Notes under the pieces: model-generated
What the model was told of the DNA's origin: nothing
What the model saw: the letters and a program-made list of their open reading frames with translations, nothing else
Databases searched by the model: none
Shown: positions 8,944-18,675 of the stretch, piece after piece
How the letters are laid out: every line of letters starts with the position of its first letter
Numbering within the stretch: position 1 is the stretch's first letter
Translations under genes and position numbers: made by a program
Source of the DNA: Candidatus Omnitrophota bacterium
GTDB lineage: Bacteria > Hinthialibacterota > Hinthialibacteria > Hinthialibacterales > Hinthialibacteraceae
Length of the DNA stretch: 64,000 nt
Assembly: GCA_013177805.1 (NCBI GenBank)
Contig: JABLXU010000008.1
Span: 33,239 to 97,238, forward strand
Reading direction: 5' to 3'

Positions 8944-9843
8944 ATGGAATCCATTATCGCACCGGAAAATCCGATGATTGTGGAGATGCTATCCCCTGCA
9001 AAGATCAATTTGTTCCTGGATATCGCCGGCCTCCGCGAAGATGGCTACCACCGGCTCACGCTGGTCAACGCTAAGGTCTCTCTGCAGGACCGGATCGCAT
9101 GCCGGCTGATCCCTCCTCCCGAGATCCAATTGACCGCCAATGGTCTACCTATCCCGTTGGATTCATCCAACACCGCGCACCATGCCGCCCGGCGGTTTCG
9201 GGATTTGTATGGCCTGCCCCTGGGTGTGCGGATTCACATCGAGAAACAAATCCCCCAGGGGGCCGGGCTGGGCGGAGGCAGCAGCAACGCCGCCGCTGTC
9301 CTCACCGCCTTGAACCAGCTCACCGGAAATCAGGTGCCGATTGAAACGTTGCGGGAATGTGGGGCCCGGATCGGAGCGGACGTCCCTTTTTTCCTGTATG
9401 AGGGGTGCTGCTTGTGCGAGGGAATCGGCGAACAGGTTACGCCCCTTCCGGTTTCTAGCCCGGAAGGCGAATCCCCTCTGCGTGTAGTGCTTTGCCACCC
9501 GGACGAGCATGTATCGACACCCCGGGCGTACGCATTATGGGACCAAGCCGGGAATCCCCCCCATGCATCTCCCCAACCATTGATCCAGGCGCTGAAAAAC
9601 CAGAACTGGGAACGGGTGCCCGGTTGTTTGTTCAACGCGTTCGAATCGGTGATTTTCGCCAATTACCCTGTCATCCAACAGGCGTATGAAGTTTTTCGAA
9701 ACATTTCACCCACGCCCCCCCGGCTGACCGGTTCTGGTTCCAACCTCTACAGCTTGCATACCCGGCGCGAAGAAGCGATAGAGGTGGCGAATGGGTTGGA
9801 ACAACAAGGGTTGCGTGCCACGGTGTGTGATTTGATCTTGTGA
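8944..9843 (+). CDS. ispE: 4-diphosphocytidyl-2-C-methyl-D-erythritol kinase
   Basis: SPAKINLFLDI and IPQGAGLGGGSSNAAAVL (GHMP kinase motif). The start may instead be the Met at 8974. Confidence 0.88.
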   Translation: MESIIAPENPMIVEMLSPAKINLFLDIAGLREDGYHRLTLVNAKVSLQDRIACRLIPPPEIQLTANGLPIPLDSSNTAHHAARRFRDLYGLPLGVRIHIEKQIPQGAGLGGGSSNAAAVLTALNQLTGNQVPIETLRECGARIGADVPFFLYEGCCLCEGIGEQVTPLPVSSPEGESPLRVVLCHPDEHVSTPRAYALWDQAGNPPHASPQPLIQALKNQNWERVPGCLFNAFESVIFANYPVIQQAYEVFRNISPTPPRLTGSGSNLYSLHTRREEAIEVANGLEQQGLRATVCDLIL

Positions 9844-10076
9844 GCGGGGGTTTTGGAACAATCCCATCCTTGCCTTTTACTCGATCTTTGGGAGAGGACT
9901 CTTGATGAGGGGAAAACACGCGTACTCATTCGGCGATTCCTGGGTTTCAATTTAAGGGAGAAAACTGTTTTCCTTGATATATAATATTAAAATTTTAATA
10001 ATAAAATATATTTGTGGAAAAAAATGGGGGAATAATCGTTTCCCCCATCTTGATGATCCTTACAGCCATGCCGGTC

Positions 10077-10697
10077 TCAAGGACCGATTTGGAGAATGTC
10101 CCCTGTGCTCGAGGTGCCATTGGACGGTTGATACATCAGGTCAGCCAATGCGTATTGGCCTTTGCGGATGCCGGCTCTCCGATAGTCGTTGAGACGCGCG
10201 CCCGTGTATTCCAACTCGTTCAACGCACCCTGCTTGAAGCCCAGACCATCCGCGCTGTCCGGTCCCCAGCTGGTCATGATGTAATAGCTCTGACCGTCCG
10301 ATCCGTACCCATACCCATATTCCGTCCCGTCACCGCGGAATGGATCGAAGGGAACGGATGTGATATAGGCCACCGGGGTGGTAAGATACAACCGGCGGGC
10401 GGTACGGCTGGTCCCGATCATGATGTGGGCGACGTTAATCATCGCAGTTTCCCCGTCGATATTGCGGTACTGACGGTTGACTAACGTGCGGTCGGAGTTC
10501 ATGGGAGGATATTGGTTGTTGTCGATAAAGAACGACTCCAACGCGTTTTTCAAACTCCGGATTTCCGATTCCGCCCGCGCGACTTTAGCCCGCACCTGGG
10601 CGTTCAGAAAGTTCGGCACGGCGATGGCCGCCAAAATCCCGATGATGGCCACAACGATCAACAGCTCGATCAGCGTGAATCCTTGCAGTCTCTTCAT
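10077..10697 (-). CDS. prepilin-type N-terminal cleavage/methylation domain protein (pseudopilin/GspG-like)
   Basis: The ATG at 10697 gives MKRLQGFTLIELLIVVAIIGILAAIAVPNFLNAQ, the canonical class III signal with G|F cleavage. The track ORF extends 4 codons further to a GTG at 10709. No pilus or T2SS genes are adjacent. Confidence 0.8.
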   Translation of the reverse strand: MKRLQGFTLIELLIVVAIIGILAAIAVPNFLNAQVRAKVARAESEIRSLKNALESFFIDNNQYPPMNSDRTLVNRQYRNIDGETAMINVAHIMIGTSRTARRLYLTTPVAYITSVPFDPFRGDGTEYGYGYGSDGQSYYIMTSWGPDSADGLGFKQGALNELEYTGARLNDYRRAGIRKGQYALADLMYQPSNGTSSTGDILQIGP

Positions 10698-11152
10698 CCT
10701 TTTCACCACCTTTCTTTTTTGGTATTTGGGATGCTACGCCCCGTCTCATACGGGGTCCGCTCCTGATTCCGGTTTTTAATAAATGAAAAAAGGATCAATA
10801 AAACCGGGTATGATAAGCCCGAAATCCGAAGCATGGCGCAGCGAGACCCGCAAGGCCCACGCTACTTCGCAGCACACATCTCAAGATGAGTTACATGTAC
10901 CATGGAATGGTTTCCCTTGTCAAGGAAGGCAATCCAAAAAAAACTTTGGATTTTTCTCACCCAACCTTGTCTCACGCCTGAGAGGTCTTGCGCTTAAGAG
11001 AAACTTATCAACCGGGAGTCATGCCCAGAATTAACCCCCTGGGCAATTATTCTGAGGCCCATTGAAGGGGTGCTCCGTGGAAAAAAAGTTGGAGGGTGAA
11101 ACGTGATCCGGGAAAACATTATCCAGGGAATTGGTTGAGTTAGCAATGGTTA

Positions 11153-11185
11153 CCCTCATCCCGGCCTTCTCCCAAGGGAGAGGAG
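11153..11185 (-). repeat. GC-rich palindromic intergenic repeat, copy J
   Basis: ccctcatcccggccttctcccaagggagaggag. Its reverse complement matches the family core TTCCCTCTCCC-N3/4-GGGAGAGGG-CCNGGGTGAGGG. Confidence 0.6.
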
Positions 11186-11314
11186 ATTTTGGGGGCGGTT
11201 TTCATTGATCATTTGGAAAGTTGCGAACCAGTGATCCGAAAAAAAAGTCCCTATTTGCTGGATGAGCCGAAATATCTCTATTTGGTCTATTCGAAATACC
11301 GTTGCGAAACCGGT

Positions 11315-11605
11315 TTAACGCGCTGGGCCCGGGAATTTTCCGTTCAGCCGGTACACGAACACCAAAATCTCCGCCACCGCTTTATACAATTCGGGGGGGA
11401 TCACCCGGCCCCGGTCCACGGCGCTCAACACTTCCACCAAGTCCGGATCCTGGTACAGCGGTATCCGGTACTGTTTCGCGATTTCCAGGATTTTGTCCGC
11501 CAGAATCCCCGCGCCCTTCGCCACCAGCACGGGCGCCGGATCTTCTGCGGGCCGATAGCGCAAAGCGACAGCCTTCTTTCTGCGGTCAATCTTCGATTTT
11601 TTCAT
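11315..11605 (-). CDS. stand-alone FlhB C-terminal domain homologue (EscU/YscU/HrcU family, YlqH-like)
   Basis: 96 aa: AVALRYRPAEDPAPVLVAKGAGILADKILEIAKQYRIPLYQDPDLVEVLSAVDRGRVIPPELYKAVAEILVFVY matches the post-cleavage FlhB/YscU cytoplasmic domain pattern. Confidence 0.75.
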   Translation of the reverse strand: MKKSKIDRRKKAVALRYRPAEDPAPVLVAKGAGILADKILEIAKQYRIPLYQDPDLVEVLSAVDRGRVIPPELYKAVAEILVFVYRLNGKFPGPAR

Positions 11606-11805
11606 GGCCGATTATTTAAGCAGAAAAACCGGCCGGTATCCAATGAGAAAGGGGAGACCCATTCGGGGAGTAGGAGAAAAAATAAGGTACATCACGATTT
11701 CGCTCTTCCGGCGCTCGGCACTCCGGGCTGGACGATACTCCAGAATGGCTACAGGATTCAAATGATTCTCGAAGGGGTTTACATGCTTCTTCGTTGCATT
11801 CCCGC

Positions 11806-13665
11806 TCAAAACCGGTCCCACTCCTCCACCTGGGTGAATTCCCGGAGGTGGATGTTGGAAATAATCACATCGTCTCCGATCCACGGTTCGAGGTCGTAGT
11901 AGTACACCGGTTCATCGTTCCATAGCAGGTGAATTTCCGTCAACCAGGCGCCGTTATGAATGGTCAAACTGAGCCGGTTGTCAATCTCCTCCTGGCCGGA
12001 ATGAATGGAAATAGTCAGAACCTCACCGGTCAGTTCGGTCTCGAACCCCAAGGCCAGGCGATTACGCCAAAAATCCCCATAGGAATTCAGATCCATGACC
12101 ACTATATCGCCGGGCAGACTGTCCAACAGCCTTTCTTGCGCGGTCAACTTAATGATTTTGGAAGGATGAATCAGCAAGACGGTCGGCGCATAATTGTCCG
12201 CGTTGCGGGCGATGACATCCTGCCAGATGGCCAATGCCTCTTCGTAGCTCAGCTCGTTAAAATCGTCTCCATAGACATCCGAAATGGTCATGGGCAGTTC
12301 AATTACATTGGAACGCGGGGAATTGGTGGATTTGTCATAAAAGGTGAAATGGGGGAAGTTGGTTAAAATGTCATTCGCGCTTTGGGAGGAATCATAGAGG
12401 TATCCCAATTCACTGAGCGCGTTGATGAGATATTTGTTGATCAGCAAATGCCCGCTGCGGAACGAGGTGATGGGATATCCCGTATCGGCTTCGAGAATAT
12501 GTTTGGAGACCTCGCACTCGCCGTAAACCGTGGCGCCTACGGATTTCATATTGGCATCGTAAACCGGGTGATAATTTTCCGGAGTGTTGCCGGGCGCGCC
12601 ATATTCAATCTGATGAAAATCCTTGAAATGGCCGACGGAATGACTGCCTAACACAGCGCCATAGCGGGGCAGTTGCTTGACCAATTCGGCCGTCTCCGAA
12701 GTGTAATAGGCTTTATAAAAGGAATCGGTGATATACCGGGTGGTGATGAAATATGTCGCGCGGATATTCCGCTGTTGTTCCATCCGGACGAAATAGAGCA
12801 TGTTTTGCATGGAGGTCATCGCGTCGATATCGTGCGTTAAGATGAGCGACGCCCGGCTTTGGTGCGGGCTGGTGTGTTTGCGGACTGTGTAAGGGATGTA
12901 TTGCTCCGCCAGCGAAAGCAAAAAAAAGATGAAGGCGTCCGTGCCCGGTTCAAATCCGTTTGAATAGATCCGGTTCGCCCCCAGGTCATTGTTCAATAGA
13001 TTCCGCGAGATTAAATCGCTGACCGAAAAGCCCAGGGCCACGGCCTGGCCTTGGCCGAACGGGCACAGCGTCACGGCCGCGGATTGGTCTTCGAATACCG
13101 CCAAGGCCGCCGCGCCCTGCAAATCATACGACTGAGTCATCAGGCCTTCGGGATATTTCTCCGGATTGCTCAGACGGATGACAATCTCCTGGGGATCGTT
13201 GAGCCATCGGCCCATTGCGGGAAAGTTCGACACGAGCCATGTCAGCTGGCTGTGGTCTCTCGCCTGGGTGTAGCCGCGGATGCCAAACATGGGATGGAAA
13301 AAATCATCCCGGATTTTGGGCGCGACCAGTACGCCGCCCTCCCAGACATATTCCGCCAACTTGTTCTTCTCCAACACGGTCAAACTGCTGGTATACACGG
13401 TCGAGGTGATCATGACCATTTCACATTCGCAGGCAGTATCCACATGATCGGTCACTACGTAGGGAACGCCGGCGACTTGCATTGCGTGCTCCAGTGAAAA
13501 CACATTCGCCTGGGATTCGTTGTTGCGTTGGGTAAAGTCCAAAATCGCCACTTTCCGCAACATGATTTCGGGGATAATCGGATTCTGGCACCATCCCATC
13601 CCGGGAAGACTGACCATCAACAAAAAACAGGGAAGAGTCCATTTCGTTGCCGTACGATCATTCAT
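11806..13665 (-). CDS. secreted polysaccharide deacetylase-like (CE4-type) multidomain protein
   Basis: N-terminal signal peptide (WTLPCFLLMVSLPGMGWC). The central region has LILTHDIDAMT ... GSHSVGHFKDF, a metal-binding-like His/Asp pattern of NodB/CE4-related deacetylases. The flanking domains are unassigned. Confidence 0.55.
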   Translation of the reverse strand: MNDRTATKWTLPCFLLMVSLPGMGWCQNPIIPEIMLRKVAILDFTQRNNESQANVFSLEHAMQVAGVPYVVTDHVDTACECEMVMITSTVYTSSLTVLEKNKLAEYVWEGGVLVAPKIRDDFFHPMFGIRGYTQARDHSQLTWLVSNFPAMGRWLNDPQEIVIRLSNPEKYPEGLMTQSYDLQGAAALAVFEDQSAAVTLCPFGQGQAVALGFSVSDLISRNLLNNDLGANRIYSNGFEPGTDAFIFFLLSLAEQYIPYTVRKHTSPHQSRASLILTHDIDAMTSMQNMLYFVRMEQQRNIRATYFITTRYITDSFYKAYYTSETAELVKQLPRYGAVLGSHSVGHFKDFHQIEYGAPGNTPENYHPVYDANMKSVGATVYGECEVSKHILEADTGYPITSFRSGHLLINKYLINALSELGYLYDSSQSANDILTNFPHFTFYDKSTNSPRSNVIELPMTISDVYGDDFNELSYEEALAIWQDVIARNADNYAPTVLLIHPSKIIKLTAQERLLDSLPGDIVVMDLNSYGDFWRNRLALGFETELTGEVLTISIHSGQEEIDNRLSLTIHNGAWLTEIHLLWNDEPVYYYDLEPWIGDDVIISNIHLREFTQVEEWDRF

Positions 13666-13761
13666 TTTCGCCCTGCCTTCCTAATTTTTAATCTTCTGCA
13701 ACAATTTGCTCGATTACAAAGAAGAAATGAATCTCGCCTTTTCAAGGCGGCCTTCAACCTG

Positions 13762-13796
13762 CCCCTCTCCCCGGGGAATAGGGAATTGGTTCCCTT
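13762..13796 (+). repeat. GC-rich palindromic intergenic repeat, degenerate copy A (AGGGAA-loop-TTCCCT subtype)
   Basis: cccctctccccggggaatagggaattggttccctt. It shares CCCTCTCCCC-GGG and the AGGGAA/TTCCCT hairpin with copies G and H. Confidence 0.4.
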
Positions 13797-14132
13797 AGTC
13801 CCGGCTTTATCCCCGGACGGATATCCTGGATTATTTAAAAACGAAGTCGGCGCTGGCACGGCCCTCCCGGCTATGTGGAACTTTTTTATGACGACCAGCC
13901 AGGGAACAAGGGATGTCCAACTCAAGAATTATCTTCGGCCTTGGCAAAGGGAAAATTAAATTTATCAATAGGGGAGGCCTCGGGCGCAGCCAAACCATCC
14001 GCCGCCCGGTTCGCCGCCGTCTACGTCCTGCTTGGTGGTCAGGCCGTTCTTCCAGGTGGATTGGGGGGACACCCTCAGAGTGGAAGCGAATTTTCATGAG
14101 GGAGGTTTGCCGGAAGAATTGCGTTGCGGGGG

Positions 14133-16007
14133 TCATTTTACTCCCACATCCTCCGGCCTGCTCTCCTGGACGGCGAGGATGTCTTCATCGATACCGGGAA
14201 AATCCGGCATCCAACGGCGGGTGTCCTCGAAGTGGCGGATGGCATCCTCGAAACGGTTATCCTGCAAGGCCATGATTCCCAATTGATAATGTGCCTCGGC
14301 GGCTTGGGGATTATCTTGAATGATCGCCTTCAGGAGGGTGCGCGCTTTGTCCTTTTGACCGGCCATCTGGAAAACACGGGCTAGCTGGATGTGGATAAGA
14401 TGGCTTTGGGGGGAGAGTTCCAGCGCCTTCTGGGTATACTGGACGGCTTCGTCCCAGCGCTCCAGTTGGGAATAGGCGATGCCCAGGTTGAAATACGAAG
14501 TGGGATTGTTGGGATCCTCGAAGATCGCTTCCTTGAAAATGTCGATCGCTTGGGGGGTGAATCCCTTCGCCATCGCGGCGAGTCCCTGGTCGTTGCGAAG
14601 ATATACACTGATTTTCGACTTGGGATCCGGCAGGGGGGTGTTCGGTCCCAAGGTTCCCGGAACCACCCCCCCGGCGGCGTATCCCAGCGCGTGAAGCACT
14701 TCCATGCGGTCCGGGGTGATGAGCTGGGAGGCCATGTGGGTTTTCGATTGAGCCAACGCGATTAAGCGGGTTTCCAGGGTATCTTGCATCTCCCGCAGGG
14801 GAGCGGTGGCGGTATTTAGCAGATTGATCCGCTCGCCGGGATCTGTGGCCAACTGATAGAGTTCCGGTTGCGGAGCATGGATATATTTCCATTCCCTATC
14901 CCGCAAGGCGTACAGCGGGCTCCAGTTATAGGTCAGGGGATACATGGTTTCCAGCGTGACTTGCCGGGGCCGGATGGGCGCGTTGTCCAGCAACCAGGGT
15001 GCCAGGCTGATCCCGTTGGTTTCGGCGGGACCCAGGCCGCAGAGATCGGCCAAGGTTGGAAACACGTCCTCGAGGCTGGCGCTTTGTCCGCACCGGATGC
15101 CGATTTGGCGGACTTCCTGCCGGGGCAGCTTGACGATCAAGGGCACTCGGACCGCCTCCTCGTACAAAAACAGGCCGTGGGTGTGTTCCTGGTGATCCCC
15201 CAAACCCTCGCCATGATCCCCCACTACCACGATCAGCAAGTTGTCGTAGAGGTTTTTCGATTTCAAATAGCCGATCAGTTGGCCCAGGCAGTGGTCCACG
15301 TAGGCGATTTCTCCGGCGTAGAGGTCGTGGCGGTATTCTTCGTCAAAGGGGGGAGGCGGATTGTACAACATATGCGGGTCGAAGAAATGCGCGAATAGAA
15401 AGAATGGCTGGGCCTGGCCGGCCTCCAGCCAGGTTTCCAGCCAGCCGGTCGCCGAGTCCACCACCCGCGCGGCTTTGCGTTCCACGACAGGCTGGAACGA
15501 TTCGTAATCTTCCCGCGCGAAGCGGTCGTCGAACCACGCGAAGCCCTGGCCGAGTCCGGACCGGCGCGACAATACGATCGAACCGATGACTCCCGCCGTG
15601 GCATAGCCCGATTCCGCGAACAATTCCGCCAGGGTAAGCGCGTTGTCGTTCAGCAGGTAATTGAAGTTATCCCGCACGCCGTGCTGGATGGGATGCAGGC
15701 CGGTCAGCAGGGTGGCATGGGCGGGCATGGTGAGGGGCACGGGCGTGACCGCGTCGGCGAACCATATGCCGTCCTGAGCCAGTGCCGCCAAAACGGGGGT
15801 TTTGGCCTTATCATCCCCGTAAGGCTGCACATAATCCGCCCGGCAGGTATCGATGCTGACGAGCAGCACGTTTTTTCCGGTAAATACAGAGTTGGTTTTT
15901 TCCTTGCCGGAACAGGCGGAAATCACCGCTACCAAGGCGGACAGAACCGCCGCTTGCCACCATGGACTTAACGCCCTGGGGAACATAACCTTTGTTTTCC
16001 TTCCCAT
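14133..16007 (-). CDS. sulfatase-like (alkaline phosphatase superfamily) enzyme with C-terminal TPR repeats
   Basis: Signal/TM N-terminus. VLLVSIDTCRADYVQPYG metal/nucleophile motif and GDHGEGLGDH motif. The C-terminal roughly 170 aa are TPR-like (AIDIFKEAI..., YFNLGIAYSQLERWDEAVQYTQKALEL). Confidence 0.8.
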   Translation of the reverse strand: MGRKTKVMFPRALSPWWQAAVLSALVAVISACSGKEKTNSVFTGKNVLLVSIDTCRADYVQPYGDDKAKTPVLAALAQDGIWFADAVTPVPLTMPAHATLLTGLHPIQHGVRDNFNYLLNDNALTLAELFAESGYATAGVIGSIVLSRRSGLGQGFAWFDDRFAREDYESFQPVVERKAARVVDSATGWLETWLEAGQAQPFFLFAHFFDPHMLYNPPPPFDEEYRHDLYAGEIAYVDHCLGQLIGYLKSKNLYDNLLIVVVGDHGEGLGDHQEHTHGLFLYEEAVRVPLIVKLPRQEVRQIGIRCGQSASLEDVFPTLADLCGLGPAETNGISLAPWLLDNAPIRPRQVTLETMYPLTYNWSPLYALRDREWKYIHAPQPELYQLATDPGERINLLNTATAPLREMQDTLETRLIALAQSKTHMASQLITPDRMEVLHALGYAAGGVVPGTLGPNTPLPDPKSKISVYLRNDQGLAAMAKGFTPQAIDIFKEAIFEDPNNPTSYFNLGIAYSQLERWDEAVQYTQKALELSPQSHLIHIQLARVFQMAGQKDKARTLLKAIIQDNPQAAEAHYQLGIMALQDNRFEDAIRHFEDTRRWMPDFPGIDEDILAVQESRPEDVGVK

Positions 16008-16078
16008 TCCAGGCTACCGTATAATCTCATACAAGGGAAAGTATAAACGGAATCCACGATCGACAAAGGAACAGAGGA

Positions 16079-17665
16079 ATGAAGTTATTCTACTACCGCA
16101 GCACGCCCCTTTTCATTGGCCTGTGGCTGGTCTGCATGGGGTTGCTTCACCGGGAAGTGACCAGCCAGTCTTTTTTGGCCAAGGATGCGCTCATCGATAT
16201 TAACGACGGTGCCCTGATCATGCGGCAAGACTACCTGGGATTGTACTTGGCCAATAAAAAGGTCGGCTATTCCCGTTTCGTGCTGAAGGAAGACAACGAG
16301 GAATCGATCGTCCAACAACCCGGCAAGCATCTGCTCTTCCAATCCGACATGTATATCCAGATCGAGGCCATGGGCATGCCGGTGACCATCAAAATGCGCC
16401 AGATGGGCGAAGTCAACGAAGACCTCACGATGCGCGCCTTTAATTTCTCGTACGAGGCCAGCGGCCAGACCCTCTCGCGCTTGATCATTGCCGAAAAAGA
16501 CGGCCTGCACATTACCACCAAATCGGGTCAGAGTTCGACCGAGGAAATCATCCCCTCCGCCTCTCCGGTGTACAACATGGAGATGATTCACCTGCTTCTC
16601 GCCCGGCAGGGGCTGGAAACCGGGCGGCAAAACGTTTTCCCGGTTTTCGATCCGACCTTGATGTCGCTGGTCACGGTCAACACCACGGTGGAAGAACGCG
16701 AAACCCTCACCCTGCCCAGCGGAGAGAAAGTGGAAACCTTCAAAATCGATACCAACTTGAAGGGCTTGCGTTCCACTTCTTGGATCGATGCCAACGGCAA
16801 CGTGTATAAAGAGGTCAGCCCGGTCGCGGGCATCACCTTCACCGCGCTCCGGGAATCCAAGGAGGACGCGGTCAACATGGATTTTGTACCCGAGGAGATC
16901 CAGAATCAGCCCCCCGTGGACGCCGGCCGCGACCTCATCATGGCCTCGCGCATCCTCATCGAGCCGCCCATCACCAGCCCGGAAGACGTGCGATTCATGA
17001 AGTTCAAACTGTCCGGCGCCACTCGGGACGAAATCCCCTTGGATGACGGATTCCAAACGTTCGTACGCGAGGAGAATGGAGCCTTGATCCTCCAGACCCG
17101 CTCGCTCGACTATGCGGCGGTCCGGGCGGCCGCGGCGCCGGAAAAACCGCCTTACGCCAATCCGGCGGACGCGGCCTTGGAACCGTACTTGAAACCCGAT
17201 TCCTTAGTGCAAAGCGAGGATTCCCGGATCCGCGAAAAAGCGTTGGAAATCACGCGCCAGGCCGCCACGCGGTGGGAGGCCGCCGAAGCCATCGCCACGT
17301 GGTTGTATACGGAAATCAAGAAGGAAATCCGCGTGACCATCCCCTCCGCGCTCGAGATTCTTTCTTCCATGAAGGGGGACTGCAACGAGCATTCCACCCT
17401 CTTCACCGCCCTGGCCCGCTCGATCGGCATTCCCACCAAAATCTGCGCCGGCTTGGTCTTTCAGGATGACGGATTCTATTACCATGCTTGGAATGAGGTT
17501 TTCATAGGCGGCCAATGGTATCCCATCGACTCGACTCTCAACCGCATCGAAATGGATGCCGCGCATATCAAACTGGCCGAAGGTTCGCTGGAGGCACAGA
17601 CCGACATTGTCGGCATGATCGGCACCCTCAAGGTGGAAATCCTCGATTTGGAATACAAGGAATAG
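16079..17665 (+). CDS. transglutaminase-like cysteine protease superfamily protein
   Basis: C-terminal core GDCNEHSTLFTALARSIGIPTKICAGLVF...YYHAWNEVFIGGQWYPIDSTL carries the Cys-His-Asp transglutaminase-core pattern. The N-terminus is hydrophobic. Confidence 0.8.
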   Translation: MKLFYYRSTPLFIGLWLVCMGLLHREVTSQSFLAKDALIDINDGALIMRQDYLGLYLANKKVGYSRFVLKEDNEESIVQQPGKHLLFQSDMYIQIEAMGMPVTIKMRQMGEVNEDLTMRAFNFSYEASGQTLSRLIIAEKDGLHITTKSGQSSTEEIIPSASPVYNMEMIHLLLARQGLETGRQNVFPVFDPTLMSLVTVNTTVEERETLTLPSGEKVETFKIDTNLKGLRSTSWIDANGNVYKEVSPVAGITFTALRESKEDAVNMDFVPEEIQNQPPVDAGRDLIMASRILIEPPITSPEDVRFMKFKLSGATRDEIPLDDGFQTFVREENGALILQTRSLDYAAVRAAAAPEKPPYANPADAALEPYLKPDSLVQSEDSRIREKALEITRQAATRWEAAEAIATWLYTEIKKEIRVTIPSALEILSSMKGDCNEHSTLFTALARSIGIPTKICAGLVFQDDGFYYHAWNEVFIGGQWYPIDSTLNRIEMDAAHIKLAEGSLEAQTDIVGMIGTLKVEILDLEYKE

Positions 17666-18510
17666 GGGGGTGGATTGTCAGGAATCGCAACCTTTCGACC
17701 CCCTGAGTCCCAAGCCCGCAGAAGTACCAAGTCCGCAAACGGAAGGGCGTGGTTCCCGCCGGGCCACAGGGAATCCGTTGCCGATGGATGATGGGACGGC
17801 TCACCTGGAGGTCTGGAAGTTCGACTCCGGACTATGCCTCCTTAGACTCTTATCCAGCGTGCGAATCGGATGAATCAGGGAAATAGAATGGTTTTAGGGA
17901 GTTATGGGGGGTGAGGAGGAGCCGCCGGTTCGGCGTTGGGGGGAAGCGACTCCTCCTCGGGGGTGCGTATTTAGTATCAAATAAGTTACCGACATCACCC
18001 TCCCTCCAGCGGTTTCAATGAATCCAGCCGGTCGGGGGTTATGGCGATATCTTGGATAAATAGTAAGCCGATTTTTTCCGTGGTCAATGGGGATTCCGAA
18101 AAGGAATCCTTGTGACAATCCCAAGAATCAAACCTGCATCACAGATAACTCCTACTAATGAATACAGTGTAGCATACGGCTTGAAAAAAGAGAATAGCGA
18201 AACTCATGCTATACAGAATTTTTATGGTTCAAACGGGCCGGGGAGGTTGAAAATCTGCGATAAATAAGGCTTTTCTCGCTTATTTCCCCCCTCCGCCTTT
18301 CCGGAGGTCCTCTCGGATACCGGCGGCATCCGGACCGGAAGCCCAGACGTGTCCAGGATTCCCGGCGGAATGAATAATTTTGAGGCATTTTTCCCAAACC
18401 CTATTGCACGAACAGCAATGTCATTTCGCGGGAAAGGGGATTGGAAAAATGGGATTCGCCGGGTTAAAATGACTGCTGCAATTTGATGACCGTTGTGATT
18501 TGCTCGGTTT

Positions 18511-18579
18511 CTGTGAAAGAAGAGTTTTCGCTCTTTCAGAGCAATCCTCACCTTGCCCCTCGCCCAGAGGGAGAGAGGA
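18511..18579 (-). repeat. GC-rich palindromic intergenic repeat, copy B (extended form)
   Basis: Core cctcaccttgcccctcgcccagagggagagagga (18546-18579), preceded by hairpin TGAAAGA-N-TCTTTCA. The extended part aligns with copy D. Confidence 0.65.
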
Positions 18580-18675
18580 TTTTGAGAAGGGTTTTTCGTC
18601 GATCATTTCGAAGAGATGCGAACCTGGAGTCTGAAAAAGGTACGCACTTGCCGGATGAGCCATGTAATGCCCGTT

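Noticed and set aside
11189-11899. A 236-aa plus-strand ORF overlapping the FlhB-like gene and the deacetylase-like gene
   Set aside because: It is antisense to a well-matched FlhB C-domain ORF, crosses an intergenic gap, and has no motifs or RBS.
17811-17840. A GTTCGACTCC T-loop-like sequence, suggesting a tRNA or tmRNA 3' end
   Set aside because: The stem-loop has a 7-bp stem with an 8-nt loop rather than the 5 bp/7 nt T-arm. No matching acceptor 5' strand, anticodon arm or CCA-proximal context could be found. The nearest GGAGGCA complement lies inside the transglutaminase CDS.
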